Assembly (NCBI GenBank): GCA_016748015.1
Contig: JAAOMT010000697.1
Location: forward strand, 887,152 to 951,151
Direction: 5' to 3'
Length of the DNA: 64,000 nucleotides
From: Geosiphon pyriformis uo1
Taxonomy: Eukaryota > Fungi > Glomeromycota
Shown here: positions 61,647-64,000 of the stretch, one piece after another
Numbering within the stretch: position 1 is the first letter of the stretch
Layout of the letters: every line of letters starts with the position of its first letter
Program-made: the position numbers and the translations under genes
Notes under the pieces: generated by a model
What the model was told of the DNA's origin: nothing
The model's input: the letters and a program-made list of their open reading frames with translations, nothing else
Databases searched by the model: none

Positions 61647-62190
61647 CTAATCTTGCCTTATTCTTGAGAGACAATCAATGTTGGTATGGAGTTTTCCTGG
61701 TTTGTGGTGTACAATATATTGGTAGTTGGCTAAAAATCTTGTCCATCGGGTTTGTTTGGCATTCAGCTGAGTGTTTTTATTTTGAAGCCATTTGAGTCCA
61801 ATATTATCAGTAATAATGTTGAATTCTTTAGGCCTGAGATAAAGGTTGAAGTGGTGTAAGGCCCAAATTATGGCTGCTGTCTCTAGTTTTGTGGCAGGGT
61901 AGTTTTTTTCAGCTGGTTTCAATGTTCTGCTAGCATAAGCAATTACTTGCTCATTTCCATTGTCATCTAACTGTGATAGAATGGCACCAAAAGCAATGTA
62001 AAAAGTGTCTATAGCTAGTCAAAATTGATTACTAAAGTCTGAGTAGGTGAGAATTGGAGCTGTTGTCAGCTTTTTCTTGAGAATTTCAAAAGCTTTTTGG
62101 TGTTTTTCCATCCATTTGTATTTGACGTTTTTAGTAGTGAACTGGTTGAAGAGTTTTGCGATTTCTGAGAATCCTTTAATAAATTTTCGG
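61647..62190 (-). pseudogene. pol: RT C-terminus/RNase H of gypsy H
   Basis: AEKNYPATKLETAAIIWAL, ITDN and HKPGKLHTNIDCLSR followed by a stop. Confidence 0.88.
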
Positions 62191-62982
62191 TGTTACTCAT
62201 AGAATATAAAAAATATAATATTATTAGTCAGTAGATATTAGCCAATCAGAGGTAGATGTAGTAAATGTGGAATTCCAGAATTCCTCTCATTAGGAATTCC
62301 AAGATTCCTGTTGCAAAAAATTGAGGAATTGAGGAATCTCAATTATGTATATATAGCAGTAGGATTAGAAGTTGAAAAGACAGACCTCTCAGTTTAGATT
62401 TAATCTAAGCAATATTCCAGTTCCCAATAATCAAATAAATAATTATTTCATATCTCAACCTACTCTCTACTATCAACGCTTTATGTTAATAGTAATTAAT
62501 ACTTAACCATGCTGGAACAATAGCCCTTGATCATGGCTATTGACAAGATACTAACAAATTGTCTTGGCTTATTTTCTCTATTTTTCTTTATTTTATTTTC
62601 TTTATTTTATTTTCTTTCTTTTTGTGATTTTGTTGTTGTATACTAATTGGTTAAAAAAGATCAAGCACTGAGTTATTGACATCAAGGATAGTCTGGTAAA
62701 AGACCCAGAAATAAGGATAGGATTTTATATATTATTGAATAGCTTACCAGAAGGGCCTAACTGCCAGACTAAATCCAGCCACCACACTGAGAAAGAAATT
62801 GGAAAAACTCTTGGAAAGATATATTTACTATTGACACTATTGAATCTCTGTTCATTATACAAAGAACTCCATCAAAACTTTTAGATACAACACTTACAAA
62901 ACATCATCAACGGAAGTAGCTTTTGAGCACCAAGTTATGGGTTTGTTATTTAATTCAACAGTAGAAATAATTATCTGTAACA
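62191..62982 (+). repeat. 5' LTR of gypsy G
   Basis: TGTTACTC...TGTAACA followed by the PBS. Confidence 0.92.
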
Positions 62983-64000
62983 TTTGGTGCTCTCTGTAAG
63001 GTATAATCTTACAGAAAACCAGCACTGACAACACCAAACCAAAAATGACAGAATCAGAAATAATAGGGACAAACCATTTAGGATTCACAAAATTCTTATT
63101 CCAATAGTACAATCAGCAGCTAGGTCTAAACAACAACTATTACCCAGCAGAATCAGCTTTCAACTTCTATGTCAACAAAAAAATCACAGATTTTCTAGGA
63201 AGACCAGTTAACATTGAATCAACAAGAGAAAATTTCTATTCAGAACTAATCCAACACACCAACTTACCCAGAAATTACAGCTTCACACCTATCATTAGAG
63301 AAATCAACCAAGAAATTGAAAGATATACACAAAAGACATTCTCTATTACTTACCAGGACAAAGCAAAGAAAAACTACAGACATCAGCAGTAACATCCAAA
63401 GGAATACAAATTCCTAACTGGAAGAAACAAAGAATTGAATCTCTGATATACTCATCATACCATCACACACCTGGAAGTACCATCAACATCACATCAGTAG
63501 ATGCGTCTACCAGTACAAAGACACTGCTAGCAAGAATTGCATTTCAGAGTAAACAAAAAAAAATGAACTATTAGGAGCATATGGTGATTATTTTGAAAGA
63601 TTTAAATCGAGATCACCAACACCATCTGGATTTTGATCACCGTTTTATCAGCCAGATTTCGGAACTGTCAGTTCCTGGGAAATTACTGAATCAAAAAAAG
63701 AAGAAGACGAGGATTAGGAATTTAATTACCAAAATCTGATTCTAAAAAACCCGAACATTCAAATTCAGCAACATTTAGAAAATTCGGAAATCAAAACTCC
63801 AAATATTCGAACTCTGCCAAATCAAAGAAATCAAAACCCTGAGTTAATTCATCAGCAAAATCTACCTCTAGTTATTGTCATTGATCAACCACCAGTTGAG
63901 CCAATTGGTGAGCCAATTCAACCACCTCAAGTACTACTCCAACAATCGTTACCTCTTCAACAACCACTCCAACAGCCACCACAACCACCTAACTTAGATC
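62191..64000 (+). mobile_element. Ty3/gypsy copy G (family 1; 5' LTR, PBS, gag start; runs off window)
   Basis: LTR 62191-62982, PBS 62985-63001, and gag from 63045 co-linear with B 22844-23800. Left flank TCGG. Confidence 0.92.

Larger units (their letters stand above)
58451..62190 (-). mobile_element. Ty3/gypsy copy H, second family (3' part: RT end, RNase H, integrase, ORF3, 3' LTR), interrupted by G
   Basis: LTR 58451-59427 (TGTTA...TAACA), PPT 59428-59440, IN and RNase H motifs. The LTR is not recognisably similar to family 1. Confidence 0.88.

Overview
The window is about 70% AT eukaryotic DNA, probably fungal. The element types recall Glomeromycotina-type genomes, but that is from memory and unverified. 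It is almost entirely decayed retrotransposons, and I found no host gene, RNA gene or CRISPR array. There are three nested stacks. (1) LINE-F (4580-~5090) contains gypsy E (<1-4579), which contains non-autonomous LTR element D (515-3671). (2) LINE-2 (5506-~42630, -) contains gypsy C (6223-36574, -), then gypsy A (12461-33533, -), then gypsy B (21256-32025, +), then a foreign LTR J (21844-22491). (3) LINE-4 (51656-58450, +) lies head-to-head with LINE-3 (44351-51232, -) and contains a second-family gypsy H (58451-62190, -), which contains gypsy G (62191->64000, +). The main gypsy family has an unusual layout: LTR-PBS-[Gag with ~320-codon Met-less extension, protease, Cys-rich module, dUTPase, dUTPase-like segment, RT, RNase H]-stop-[stand-alone integrase ORF]-[~220-aa ORF3 of unknown function]-PPT-LTR. 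Family H shares the separate integrase and a homologous ORF3. All eight LTR insertion sites have a CG/TG/CA-centred 4-mer, and five of them show both copies of the 4-bp duplication. All copies carry heavy C>T/G>A decay, so the coding regions are pseudogenes. Coordinates were read by eye and internal domain limits are approximate.
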